Below the pieces are notes generated by a model. It did no database searches and was not told the origin of the DNA. It saw nothing but the letters and a program-made list of their open reading frames with translations. This document shows, piece by piece, positions 12,771 to 23,940 of a DNA stretch of 64,000 nucleotides; position 1 is the first letter of the stretch; each line of letters opens with the position of its first letter. Made by a program: the position numbers and the translations under genes. The DNA is from Epiperipatus broadwayi (lineage: Eukaryota > Animalia > Onychophora): contig JAQFVV010000007.1 of the NCBI GenBank assembly GCA_028023455.1, positions 18,166,001 to 18,230,000 of the forward strand, in the 5' to 3' direction.

Positions 12771-13432
12771 AAGTTGGCACTAGTTGCATTTCCTCTTGTA
12801 ATGAATCTGATTCTTATCAGTTTACAACAAACCTGCATATGGTCAAATAGTGATAATAATTAAAATACTGTACATGTATGAAAAAATGTAAAATACTGTA
12901 AATTATGCATAAAAATATATTGTTTGAATAAAATTAAATACTGTAGTTAATAAAAAAAGTAAAAAAAGTTTGTCTTGTATCAATTTTTTTCAGATTTGAA
13001 ATTTTTTAATAGTCATATTTTATTTCCTTATTTTTTTTTATGCACATTTTAAAGTAATTTTACGTTGTTGCTTTGCTTTTATGCGATTTCCCCCATTTTT
13101 TAAGGTAAGTTAAGTCTATTTTTGTGCACATTTTCTGAGAAACCTATCCACCACATAAAATGAGACCCAGGTGTAAATTATAATATTTCACAAATCTTAA
13201 TAAGATTATCAAAAGAAATGGATGTAAAGTGAATGATTTAATATATTCACACTAACATTTCAAAACACTTAAGATTGGCATATATAAGTGCATTTAGATT
13301 TAAAAATAAGATGGTTGTTCTTATTTTTTTAAAGTCTTTATCTTGTAGATACAATAGTTTGTTTGTAATTATACATTGGGCTATTCCCATTATCTAGAAT
13401 TAATTGTTAAATGTCTTTAGAAAAAACACTTT

Positions 13433-13542
13433 TTTTCCATATGTCATAGCATCGGCTGGAAGGCGAACCCACAACAAACATCTGCAAACAACTGCTTGCT
13501 TGCAAGGCAGCTGCGCTGACCTCTTGGCTAAAAATGCTTGAC
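13433..13542 (-). mobile_element. Short tRNA-Ala(TGC)-derived SINE/retrocopy with 15-bp TSD
   Basis: Minus strand tagccaagaggtcagcgcagctgcc-ttgcaa-gcaagcag...gggttcgcc...A-tail; TSD tagaaaaaacacttt at 13418-13432 and 13543-13557. Confidence 0.75.
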
Positions 13543-14081
13543 TAGAAAAAACACTTTATTTTAACTTTTCAAATACATTCTTATGCTAATAGTAGTACAC
13601 AATACATAAGACACTGTGTCAGATGATATTATTCTCCTCTTGTTTTCAGATATTATCAGCCTAAGTAATGACAATATTAGCATAGGAATTGAATATAGAA
13701 CCTGGATTTTTTAGTTTTGTAAATAATGGATTTAAGATGTTCTAACCCAGTAGGCTATTATATCAAAAGGAATAATGAATAATCATTTTATATACTGTAT
13801 GAAAGTCCCTTCTGTCCATTTTTTCTAAAGTCATTTAACAATTAATTTTAGGTGATGTAAATAGACCAACATATAATTACTTATCAGGATAAAGTTTCAG
13901 ATAAACAGCAGTAGCTTAATTATTTACTATTATCTTTTTAACTACTTAAATAAATTGATATTTGCCATATCTGTTATATATATAAATGCTTAGAGTAAGC
14001 CATTAAATCGGGAGAGGAAATTGTTAATGCAAATTTATTTAAATCATTTGAATTTATTTGAAATTTAATTTGTCTTTGCAG

Positions 14082-14126
14082 GCTGGATTCATTCACTCCT
14101 TGCAATTCGGAGGCAGTCTGTTACTG
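14082..14126 (+). CDS. Candidate internal coding exon of an unidentified host gene (..WIHSLLAIRRQSVT..)
   Basis: Acceptor tgtctttgcag, donor gtaaag, 45 nt; phase-compatible with the exon at 14471. Confidence 0.4.
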
Positions 14127-14470
14127 GTAAAGAAAGCTAGGGGCTTTAAATATTTGTGGCATAACCTATAGTGTTAAAAAAAAGTTTTGTATAACTCTAT
14201 GCACTGTGTACTGTTTAACAGTTTATAATACAGGTACATTCTGATATTAAATCTATAAGAATTTATAAATTAAAAAAAAATATTGTAATGTTTTTTCATC
14301 TGACTAGGTCTCTGTTACACATATAAAATGTGCAAGTTGATCAAGTTATGCAAAAAGAAGAAAATTGTATTTTTATTTCTAAAAACATAATTATATTTCC
14401 TGATCAACTCTACCTAGTAATGGTTACGATTTGCGCTATTGACGAAATCAGCTTTTATTTCTTTTATCAG

Positions 14471-14555
14471 GGCGCCAGGATTCATATAAGAATCCGCTGA
14501 AATCTGTCACCAGCACGTCTCGCAAATTAAAAAGAAAAATGTTTTTAAAGAATCG
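14471..14555 (+). CDS. Candidate coding exon (G-RQDSYKNPLKSVTSTSRKLKRKMFLKN-R)
   Basis: Acceptor cttttatcag, donor gtatta; open frame continuing the previous exon; CpG-rich relative to background. Confidence 0.4.
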
Positions 14556-17069
14556 GTATTAGATTACACAGTAACTTACAATTATTTCCTAAATATTATT
14601 ATTCTTGGAACTTATTAAACATATTGGCAAAGGTAAATTATATTTTTAAATATCACTAAACTAATATTAATAAATTTAATAATAATTAATAACTATTATT
14701 AATAATGCACAAATGAAAAGTTGATATTAGAAATATTTTTTTTTATTCTAACAAATTAAAATCTTTAATGTTAAATTGTTAATTAAATAAACTGGAGAGA
14801 ACACACACTAATTCAGCTATGAATACATTAATAAAAAAAACAACAGTTTCACAATTAAAAAGTTCTTGGGTAAATAAGAGTCTCTTGATCAATAAAATTA
14901 AAGTCCATATTGGGGTCCTATTATATGTATATTTTTAAGATGGTTTGTTAACAATTTAGTCACAATCGGGAATAATAATGAGTCATAGCTTACCGGTAAG
15001 TTTAGCGAGAAGGTTGTAGATTACTATGCATAGTTTTTTGGGTTAGAATGAGCTCGGCCATTGGTTATAAGTTGATCTTGTGGTCTATTCTCCTAGTCGA
15101 TCATGAAGACTTTTCTAATGTCCATCTTCAGACACGATGTCCGCAGAAGCTCCAGTTCACTCCAACATGCGCAATTATTTCAGTGTAGGGCGATCCTGGA
15201 TATATTCTTGTAATCCAGGACCAACTATAGAGAAACAGATGAAACAAGATCCTGATCAAACTAGCCTTTTCTTTTTTATACTTGAGGTCCAGTTTTCAGA
15301 TTTCTGTGCATATCTTTTGTTTGTCAAAATATACGTTGATAATCTTGTAATTCCTTATAAAATTTACATTACAAAGTTCTCTTTTTTATCAAGTCTTTCG
15401 GCCATCTTTAATTGCTACAATATTTTTATTTTAGCTTATCTAGATTAGTGATTTGTGTGTCTTTTGTTCTCTTCAATTTTTACTTTTATTTTTAATTACG
15501 TAAAAAAATATGAAAGACAATTTTAATTTTCACTGTACGTTTTGTTTTTGTTTTTTTTTTTAAAAAAAAAATTATACTAATAAAAAAAAAATCTAAGTTT
15601 ACTCTCTTTTTTTTTTTAACTTTTACCAAATGCCAATATATTTGTACCATATATAAATAAATGGTACAATATCTATTTAGATATTATTTCCATGGTAATA
15701 TTTCAGCTCTACTGTATGATCTGGAGATGTCATATAACTCTGAAATTAATTCAGCTCAGAAATAGAAAATTAATATTCACTAAGCTTAAATCACTTAACC
15801 CTAATGATATATCTCTTCTACTTTCAGAAGCTTAAGCAATAAATAAAATCAATAAACACTAAGTGGCAGTGCAAACTATACATCCTCATTTGGTTTTATA
15901 ACTGAATGGATTTTTTTCTATGAAAACACCAGTATCTCATAGCAGGAAAAGTAAATTAGCTTAATCTTTTTACTTAACATAATATAGAGGAACTTTTTAC
16001 TTTAATGCCACCTATAGTAAACATGAATAGCAGATGATAGTGCATTTCAGTCCTTATCTCAAGACCAATTTTTGACTCTTGCCTTTATCAGTTAGGCTTG
16101 TGATTCAAAATTGGAAAAAAAATTGCAGTTATGCATAAGATCGATATAATTATTTAAGCATATTGATTTGTTTTCAAAATCTTGGACAATTTTGACTTCT
16201 CAGGATTTTTATTTTAATAAGTCAAATGGAGTTAAAGGTAGTTTCTAGTTGAAAAGCTGCATTACTTCCAGATAAATCTCAAGTCCATTGATAAAAGCAA
16301 AAGCCATGAAACAGTCAGGATATGAATTTAAATGCAGTATAATCTGGTAATCATTGATGATTCAACTTTGGTAGAATAGAGTGGAGAGCTGCTATTATAT
16401 TTAATTTATTGCTTGTATTTTAGCTTCTGTAGATGGAATAGAGTGGTCACTAATAGCCTACTAAATGTACATAATTTTCTGATTATAATGTTTAACTGAG
16501 AAAGAAGGCCATCTCTGTTGGATAATTTTAGATTGACCTACAAAACTGTAATTTTTATCAATAGCCTATGAACCTACTGATCTCACTAAATAAAGATTTT
16601 TTTTAAAAAAGGAAACTTTTAAAATCATTGCAATAGTGCTATGATTACAAAATAATCAAACAATGTTTCTTTAAAAGTCACATGATTTTCTAGTTGCAGA
16701 AAGCAACAGGTTGAACTGCAATCCAGGAATCTTTACTTTTTGAGTCTATTTCTCTATCCCTGTGTGAATAGAGACAGGCACAATACATGGATCTTGTGTT
16801 TGAAAGGCAGTCAGTCTACTGATGCACCAAACCATGTAGGAAGTTTATTAATAGACAGATCATTAAAAATGGCATTGGTTAAACTTCAATTAATGAGAAA
16901 GTAAATATGGATGAATTATTCTAACAAGTAGAAAATATATTTCCCCTACTACTATCTGCCACCTTGTGAAAGCTTGTGAAATCAATTGGTGCAAGCAAAT
17001 TAGGTTAGATTCTTGAATTTCAGACTGATAGCTTGATCGTAAAACAAGGAGTAAATGATGAGGTGGAAG

Positions 17070-17205
17070 AAAGATGCACAAAATCCACAAAATCCAGGTG
17101 CATTAGATGCGGATTCGGAACTTCTCACTGATGAAAACCATATGCTAGAAACAGCATTGCAAAAAGGATTTATTGTTACTGTATGGCATCTTTAGATTAC
17201 TCAAG
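17070..17205 (+). mobile_element. Family-A hammerhead element fragment (degenerate)
   Basis: aatccaggtgca...ttctca CTGATGA aaaccatatgcta GAAAC, then a deletion, then ggcatc..gattac; aligns to 23300-23452. Confidence 0.65.
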
Positions 17206-18345
17206 TTCATACTAGGTGGCATGGAATGATCCATTGATGTAAATATCATAATAATATTATAAAGTGATGGCATCTTTTTGAGAAATGTTAATGATGACTA
17301 AACAGTCTTATAGCACATCTATTATTAAATGAAAAGATTGATAAAAAATTTAAAAAAAATTAATATTTCATCACTGTCTTTAATTCATTGCTTCTATTTA
17401 TTAATGTTTATGCTGTTAGTAAAATTTTAAGTATTTCAAAAAAGATTAGAATTTTATTTAATCCTAGTTTTTAAAAAAAGAAAAACAAAGCTAAATAGTT
17501 AATTTTAAATCAAAATTTTACCCTATATCTATAACTGAGAAAAATAATAATAATAAAATCATTACTTAAAATGATATTTGATGAAGGTTTAAGGATTTTT
17601 TTACACCATAGTTAAGAATAGCCGAATACCCATTTACTGATCAAGAAGTGAATGGCTAATTAAAGAAAAGGTAAAATTGTTTTCATTTAATTTGAAGTTC
17701 AGTTCACTAGTCACTATACTAGTCGGATTTGTTGGGTATTGGATTTCTAATTCTTTTTAATAGTTTAGAATTTTCCGTGACATTTTTTTTATTAGTATGG
17801 TATTTGTTTGGCATAAGCTGGGAATTAATGGCAGCCATTTTTAAATTCTTATATGTTATAATCAGGAACATAAACACATATTTTATACTTTTGCAATTGC
17901 TATGATCTACTTTTTTTTTAGATTGTTTTCTTTATTATTACATTTCCTCTTCCTGGTAGACATTCTCCGTATTAACTATGAATGAAGTAGGTAGAATTTT
18001 TATTTTAGATATCCTGATTCAATTTCTATTAATTTTTTCGCCAATATTTGTTGTTTATAAAATTTAATTTTTACAATTTAGTTTTATTAGCGTTTAAATG
18101 TCTAAAGCAATATTTTAAAGAAAAAACGATATATAAATAGATTTATAACTTTTAGAGAATCTGAGTAATGTTTTCCACTTAACGCGCAAAACAAGTTATT
18201 ATAATTGCGTTTTTGAGCTTTTTGATAATGATGCCATATATATATGTATCAGTGATAATTGACTTGGGGAGATCTATTTTTTTAAGATGACGTTTTAATA
18301 TCGGAGTAATACATTATTATATAATCGATAATGATTTCATTTGAT

Positions 18346-20395
18346 ATCATCATCATCATCATCATTATCAACCATTATCAATCCACTGCAGGATGAAGGT
18401 CTCTCCAAGTTTAATCCATCTCCGATCTTCAGCTTCTCTTCTCCACATCACCCCTGCACACTTTCTTATTTCATCCATCCATCTCACATGTGGTCTCTTT
18501 CTGGGTCTTTTACAATCTCTTGGAATCCAGTTTAAAATTTCAATTGTCCATCTATTATCATCTCTTCTAGCAATATGTCCAGCCCAACTCCACTTCAATC
18601 TTTTAATTTTTTCAATGAGGTCAGTAACACCCGTTTGTTCTCTTACCCATACATTGCGTTTTCAATCTCTTCTTGTTACTCCCAACATACATCTCTCCAT
18701 ACTTCTTTGAGTGGTCTAAAGTCTCTGTATTGCTCTTCTATTAAGTGTCCAAGTCTCAGATCCATAAGTAAGAACTGGTAAAACACATTTATTAAAAACC
18801 TTCCTTTTCAAACACATAGGCATATTTCCTTTTAGTATCAAGTTATTTCTACCAAAAGCACTCCAACCAAGTTTAATTCTATGATTAAATTCTTCCATTA
18901 TGTTTCCATCTGTATTAATAATCTGACCAAGGTATTTGTAACTGTTAACTTCTTCTAATTCATCATAATCAATCTTTATTTTCATATTTTGAGCAAATCG
19001 ATTAAATATTACTTTAATCTTTTTAACATTTATCTTTAGTCCTACTTTCCTACTTTCATCTGATAATTCCTGCAACATATCCTACAGCTGCAAAAACAAC
19101 TACATCATCTGCAAAATCTAAATGACTTAAATAATCTCCATTTACTTTCACTCCTTTAGTTTCCCATTTTAATCCACAAAATACTTCTTGCAGCACTGCT
19201 GTAAAAAGTTTTGGAGATATGGAGTCACTTTGTCTTACACCTTTCTCAATGTTGACTTTCCCAGTATCATTATGTAATCTAATTGTTGCTGTTGCATTTT
19301 TATAAATATTCTTCAAAATATGACAATATCCTGGATCTATACCTTGATGATCCAATGCTTTAATCACTGAAGAAATGTTTATAGAATCAAATGCCTTTTC
19401 ATAATCTACAAATCCAAAACATAATGACAACTCATATTCATTTGACCTTTCTATAACTTCTCTCAACACCTGGATATGATCTACTGTACTAAAACCACTT
19501 TTAAATCCAGCTTGTTCTCTTGGTTGGTGGAAATCCAATGTTCTCTGTAGACGAGTTGTAATTATCTTGGTAAAATTTTTATATAAAACTGATAAAAGGC
19601 TAATAGGTCTGTAATTTCTAATATCTTCTTTATCACCTTTTTTAAATATTAATATTATTACTGCATTCTTCCAATCATTCAGTACATCTTTATCATTTAG
19701 ACATTTGGTATATAACTTTGCTAAAAATTTTTCTATTTCTTCTCCTGCTTCTTTTAATATATCAATTATAATTCCATCATTACCTGGAGCCTTTCCCTTC
19801 TTCATACATTTAATTGCATGTCTCACTTCTTCATTTAAAATTCTGGGCAATTCGGAAGATGGAATAGATATAGGAGGTACTTGTTCTTTATTACTATATA
19901 ATTCTTGATAAAAATCTTCTACCAATTTCATGATGTCATCTCTCTTTTTAGTAACAATTCCATCTTTTTTTCTTATTGCAGATATAAATTTCCTACCAAT
20001 ACCAAAATGTTGTTTTACATTCTTAAGACTTTTATTTTCTTCTACAGCTTTCCTTGCTAGTTCACAATTATACTTTCTTATATCATTTTCAACTCTTTTC
20101 CACACCATTTTACAAAATTCGAGATATTCAATTTTTTTTAATGCATCATTTTTGTATATCTTCATATTCTTTCTTTTCTTCATAAATTCTCTAGTCTCAG
20201 TAGAAATTTTATTGGTCAATTGCTGCTTTTTTCTACCAGCTATCTTTGTTGCAGTTTTTAAAAGGGTATCAATTATTTTCATATTAATTTCATTCAAATC
20301 TGAATTATGCTCAAAATCTACTAATACTTGAAACCGATTTCTAAGTTCTAATTTAAATTCATTAGAATGTTTCTGAAGATTAGGAATATCAACTG
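18346..20395 (-). mobile_element. RTE-clade LINE, 5'-truncated, frameshifted
   Basis: RT ORF 19056-20297 (KAPGNDG, YRPISLLS, QAGF, FVDYEKAFDS, KGVRQ.D, LDFADD), continued by 18716-19078 and 18368-18598; (GAT)n 3' tail. Confidence 0.95.
19056..20297 (-). pseudogene. RTE reverse transcriptase ORF fragment (413 aa)
   Basis: Non-LTR RT motifs in the ORF track; frameshift right after FADD. Confidence 0.9.
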
Positions 20396-20737
20396 TAAAT
20401 ATTGTTTTAATTTACACAAACATTCATTCTGCCTTATCAGGCACTGAGAAGAAAGACCATGGTGTTTCTTGATCTTAAACTCAGAGGTAAAAAGCCAATA
20501 AACTCACCACACTGGCTAATGCGTGTTGGTGAGTAGCCCATCCATGTTCATATACTATATGAATAATCACATAGTAATAACAGCTGCAACGACAAGAACG
20601 TATGGAGTGGACATTAGGAATTTGCCCTGCTCGGTTCCTTTAAGACCTCCAAGAGGAATCAAAGGGTCTCCTTTCAGTTAATAGCAAACTCCTTTCTGCA
20701 ACATGATTATTGTAACTTTTAACTCATTTTCACTGAG

Positions 20738-20848
20738 GCAAAACTCTCCATACACTAGCGCCACTCAATGCAAGCCAGAATAATCAATGGATACAAGAAG
20801 GTTTGTGCATAAAATCCTTATCTAGTGCCTACTCATCCAATATCCCCA
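20738..20848 (-). mobile_element. Family-A fragment covering the region 3' of the cleavage site
   Basis: ggcaaaactctcc...ataatcaatggat...cataaaatcc...tcatccaatatcccca aligns to 22710-22821. Confidence 0.75.
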
Positions 20849-21089
20849 CACTACATTTAATCATAAATAATAACACTTGAATCCTTTAGAGAGTTCTGCT
20901 AACCTCTATTTTTTAAAGAGTACAAGACTGGTTTTCCATTTTTTTTAAGACATTATAATCTGTATTTATCTTCACAATCACTTATTAAACCTGATTTGGC
21001 ATATATCTAGGTGGTTCTCAGGTATAAATCATATGATATCAGTCCAAATTATATGTATTAAATCTTTGATGTGTTGTTAAGGCAAATGC

Positions 21090-21455
21090 TAAAAATGAAA
21101 GTTGGATTCCCATCTTTCACTCTAGTTTAAGATCCATTTTATACTTATAAAGATTGACTTTACAATACATTGAAAATTTGTGATGCAGATAAGCTTGGAT
21201 TGTTGTCATGTGGTTTACATTTGTGAACCATCTAGCTTTGCATATCTCAGGTTTATTATTTAAATAATAATGAATAATAGTTTAATTTGATTGTTTTAAA
21301 AATGATTACTATTAATCTACTTTCAAAAACCAAGTTATATTTGCCTATTGTTTACTTAACTAGGAATTTAATAACCTCGATCTGTTATAAGTGTCAACCT
21401 TATTGTCTACATTAAGACCTTAGATCAGAGTGAAAGATGGGACTCCATCTTTTAC
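21090..21455. repeat. Pair of about 100-bp imperfect inverted repeats
   Basis: aaagttggattcccatctttcactctag (about 21099) versus gatcagagtgaaagatgggactccatctttt (about 21423). Confidence 0.55.
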
Positions 21456-21665
21456 TAACAGAAGTTGCCATGACAACAGAGAGAACATTTATATTGTAGA
21501 TAAGGTTGGGTTATCATATAAACATTAGTAGTAGTTTTACCTGTTCAGACATTAATAGCTTTTAGATATTGTGGGACAGCAGAAAGTTTGATACTTAAAA
21601 AACATTACTCTGATATTGATAAATTTTGAACAAATGACAATAACTTGTGTTGAAGATTATGAGCT

Positions 21666-21710
21666 GGTTAACTGAAGAATGCTAGTTCTGCATAAAATGC
21701 ATCTGGGGAT
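21666..21710 (+). ncRNA. Degenerate hammerhead ribozyme, family-B2 variant
   Basis: ggttaa CTGAAGA ATGC tagttct GCAT aAA ATGCAT C tggggatc; same stem-III palindrome as the 8579 copy; G12 changed to A. Confidence 0.65.
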
Positions 21711-21914
21711 CTTTTTTTTCAGATGTTTTTATATGTTTCAAGAATGTGGAGTCGATTGGAAATTTTAGGTATATCTAAAAAGATATTACACATGGGGGAA
21801 AAAAAGAAGAAATGAAGTTGTATTATTCTATATGATTGGTTTAATTTTTTTAAAAAAAAACAACAACAGATATATTAAGTTTTAATGGAAGTTTAAAGTT
21901 ACTCCAGGCTGGGT

Positions 21915-22628
21915 ATGATATAATATCTAACCGAATAAATAATTAGTTGATTATTAATGCACTATTTTGAAGTAAATGGTATCAGAAGTGTGACTACAAA
22001 AAGTTTGACAATTGTAGTTCAACTTATAGTAAAGTACAATGGTTTATAGCAACTAGGAATGATATAATAATCTGTAGCCTAATAAATGATTAGTAATAAG
22101 CATTAGTGTGTTTATCTAAAATGGATGAAGTCAAAGTTGTGAGTGCAGGAAGTTTAATACTTGTAGATCAACATTTAAGATAATAGTTTAAAGTTTATAC
22201 CAACTAGGAATAATATAATCTCTAGCCTAATAAATGATTAGTAATAATCAGTAATGTATTTATCTAAAGTGGATGGCATCAAAGTTGTGAATGCTAAAAG
22301 TTTTACACTTGTAGGTCAAACTTTAATAAAGACAATAATGTTTATATGGAATCAGGAATGATATGATAACCTCTAACCTAATAAATGATTGGTAATAATC
22401 ATTAATGTATTTATATGAAGATGATGGTATCAAAGTTCTGAGTGCATAAACTTTGACACTTGTAGGTCAAACTGTAATAAACAAAATAGTTAAAGTTTAT
22501 ATCTGGACTAGGAATGATATGATAATCTCTGATCTAATAAATGATTAGTAATAAGCATTAATGTATTTATCTAAAATGGATAGTATCAAAGTTATGATTG
22601 CCAGAAGTTTGGCACTTGTAAATCAAAT
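21915..22628. repeat. Diverged tandem array, about 150-bp unit x about 5
   Basis: Anchor taaat(g/a)att(a/g)gt recurs at 21936, 22083, 22231, 22382 and 22538 (periods 147-156). Confidence 0.85.
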
Positions 22629-22815
22629 TAGAATTTATTTATATGCATTGAGCACATTTTTAAAGTTAATGTCAGTTAAGTATGCTCTATATGATTTGGT
22701 GTAAACAAAGGCAAAACTCTCCATACAGTAGTTTTACCCTGTGCCAAACAGAGTAATCAATGGATGCCAGAAGGCTTGTGCATAAAATCCCTATCTAGTG
22801 TCTACTCATCCAATA

Positions 22816-22857
22816 TCCCCAGACTAGTTTCTGGCTTGTGGCCATCATCAGTGAGGA
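22816..22857 (-). ncRNA. Intact minimal type-I hammerhead ribozyme (family A)
   Basis: tcctca CTGATGA TGGC cacaa GCCA GAA ACTAGT C tgggga; predicted cleavage between 22822 and 22821. Confidence 0.88.
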
Positions 22858-23347
22858 GCCTTGGATCTGAGAGCACTGCACCTAAATCTTAGGATCTAAT
22901 GCAACCCTCCAGCAGCCATCTTTTAACTCTACTTTACTACAAAACTATGAGAATGAAATTGAAAACATTGTTAATATCTTCAATCTAAGCTCAATAGCTG
23001 TTTGGCACAGGGTGGCACTACTGTATGGAGAGTTTTGCCTTTGTTTACAACAATTATGTGCTAGTATAGAAATGGTGATCATGTGATGTTTAGTGGTTTA
23101 ACACCAATCCTGTCTAATAGGATAGTGGTGGCTATGGTTGTTTATGAGCCAAAGACACCAAAATGTATGGGTGCTGAATTGAGTTCAGATCCATATGACT
23201 ATATAAGCTATTGAGCTTAGATTGAAGATATTAACAATGTTTTCAATTTCATTCTCATAGTTTTGTAGTAAAGTAGAGTTAAAAGGTAGCTGCTGGAGGG
23301 TTGCATTAGATCCTAAGATCTAGGTGCAGTGCTCTCAGATCCAAGGC

Positions 23348-23389
23348 TCCTCACTGATGATGGCCACAAGCCAGAAACTAGTCTGGGGA
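23348..23389 (+). ncRNA. Intact minimal type-I hammerhead ribozyme (family A)
   Basis: Stem I tcctca/tgggga (6 bp, one G-U), core CTGATGA, stem II TGGC/GCCA, GAAA, palindromic stem III ACTAGT, GUC cleavage after 23383. Confidence 0.9.
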
Positions 23390-23541
23390 TATTGGATGAG
23401 TAGGAACTAGATAGGGATTTTATGCACAAGCCTTCTGGCATCCATTGATTACTCTGTTTGGCACAGGGTGGCACTACTGTATAGAGAGTTTTGCCTTTGT
23501 TTACAACAATTATGTGCTAGTATAGAAATGGTGATCATGTG

Positions 23542-23610
23542 ATGATTTGGTGTAATGGTCTAGGGTCAGTCTATGGATCTCAAGGTTTATGGATTATGAT
23601 CTAACTCTTT
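23542..23610 (+). mobile_element. tRNA-derived SINE head that served as target of the family-A insertion
   Basis: atgatttggtgtaatggtctagggtcagtctatgga resembles atgatttgatgcagtggtaaagagtcagactctgga (minus strand, about 31990-32040). Confidence 0.5.
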
Positions 23611-23940
23611 CAATTTCAGTGAGTAAATTTCTGAACTTCTGATTATTTATTTCATTAACAGTCATATGATATTTAATGGAAATTCTAGCTAAATCCATTT
23701 ACTTATGTAACCATTTGTAATTGTAGCCATAATTTTAATTTAGGTAAATTAATTATCTTTGTATTATCAACAACTTATACTTTAAAAGTAAAATGTAAAG
23801 AGAACTGTTATCAGATTCAGCATCATCATCATCAACATTCAAGATATGGTTCAAGACATTATTTCCACAATTGCTGTATTTATTCTTCTTTTTTTTCATC
23901 ACAGTTTTGCTACTTAATGAAGCTTTAATAATTAATATAT

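Larger units (their letters stand above)
11835..13173 (+). mobile_element. pogo/Tigger-type (Tc1-mariner superfamily) non-autonomous DNA transposon
   Basis: TIRs CACCCGGGTCTCATTTTATG / CACCTGGGTCTCATTTTATG (19/20), TA TSD at 11833-34 and 13174-75, internal transposase HTH remnant. Confidence 0.85.
11340..13350. repeat. Unclassified repeat with inverted arm plus about 303-bp tandem unit, split by the pogo insertion
   Basis: 11345-11415 is inverted relative to 11681-11742; 11446-11497 repeats directly at 11749-11800; about 11530-11680 repeats at 13195-13350, beyond the pogo element. Confidence 0.6.
22705..23541 (+). mobile_element. Young family-A hammerhead element (retrozyme-like, Penelope-type insertion): inverted arm + 1.2 copies of a 456-nt unit
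   Basis: 14-bp TSD ATGATTTGGTGTAA (22691-22704, 23542-23555); 22700-22999 is the reverse complement of 23206-23505; 22998-23088 repeats directly at 23454-23544 (period 456). Confidence 0.92.

Noticed and set aside
15110-15135. CTGAAGA...GAAAAGTC on the minus strand
   Set aside because: Stem II is only wobble pairs and stem I does not pair.
18341-20331. Plus-strand ORFs 18341-18781 and 19705-20331 (and similar ORFs opposite other RTE/Gypsy copies)
   Set aside because: Antisense shadows of retroelement coding sequence; most other short ORFs in the track are low-complexity AT-rich chance frames.
21915-22628. CRISPR array or leucine-rich-repeat coding sequence
   Set aside because: The whole unit is repeated with no unique spacers, the context is eukaryotic, and the frames I tried contain stops.
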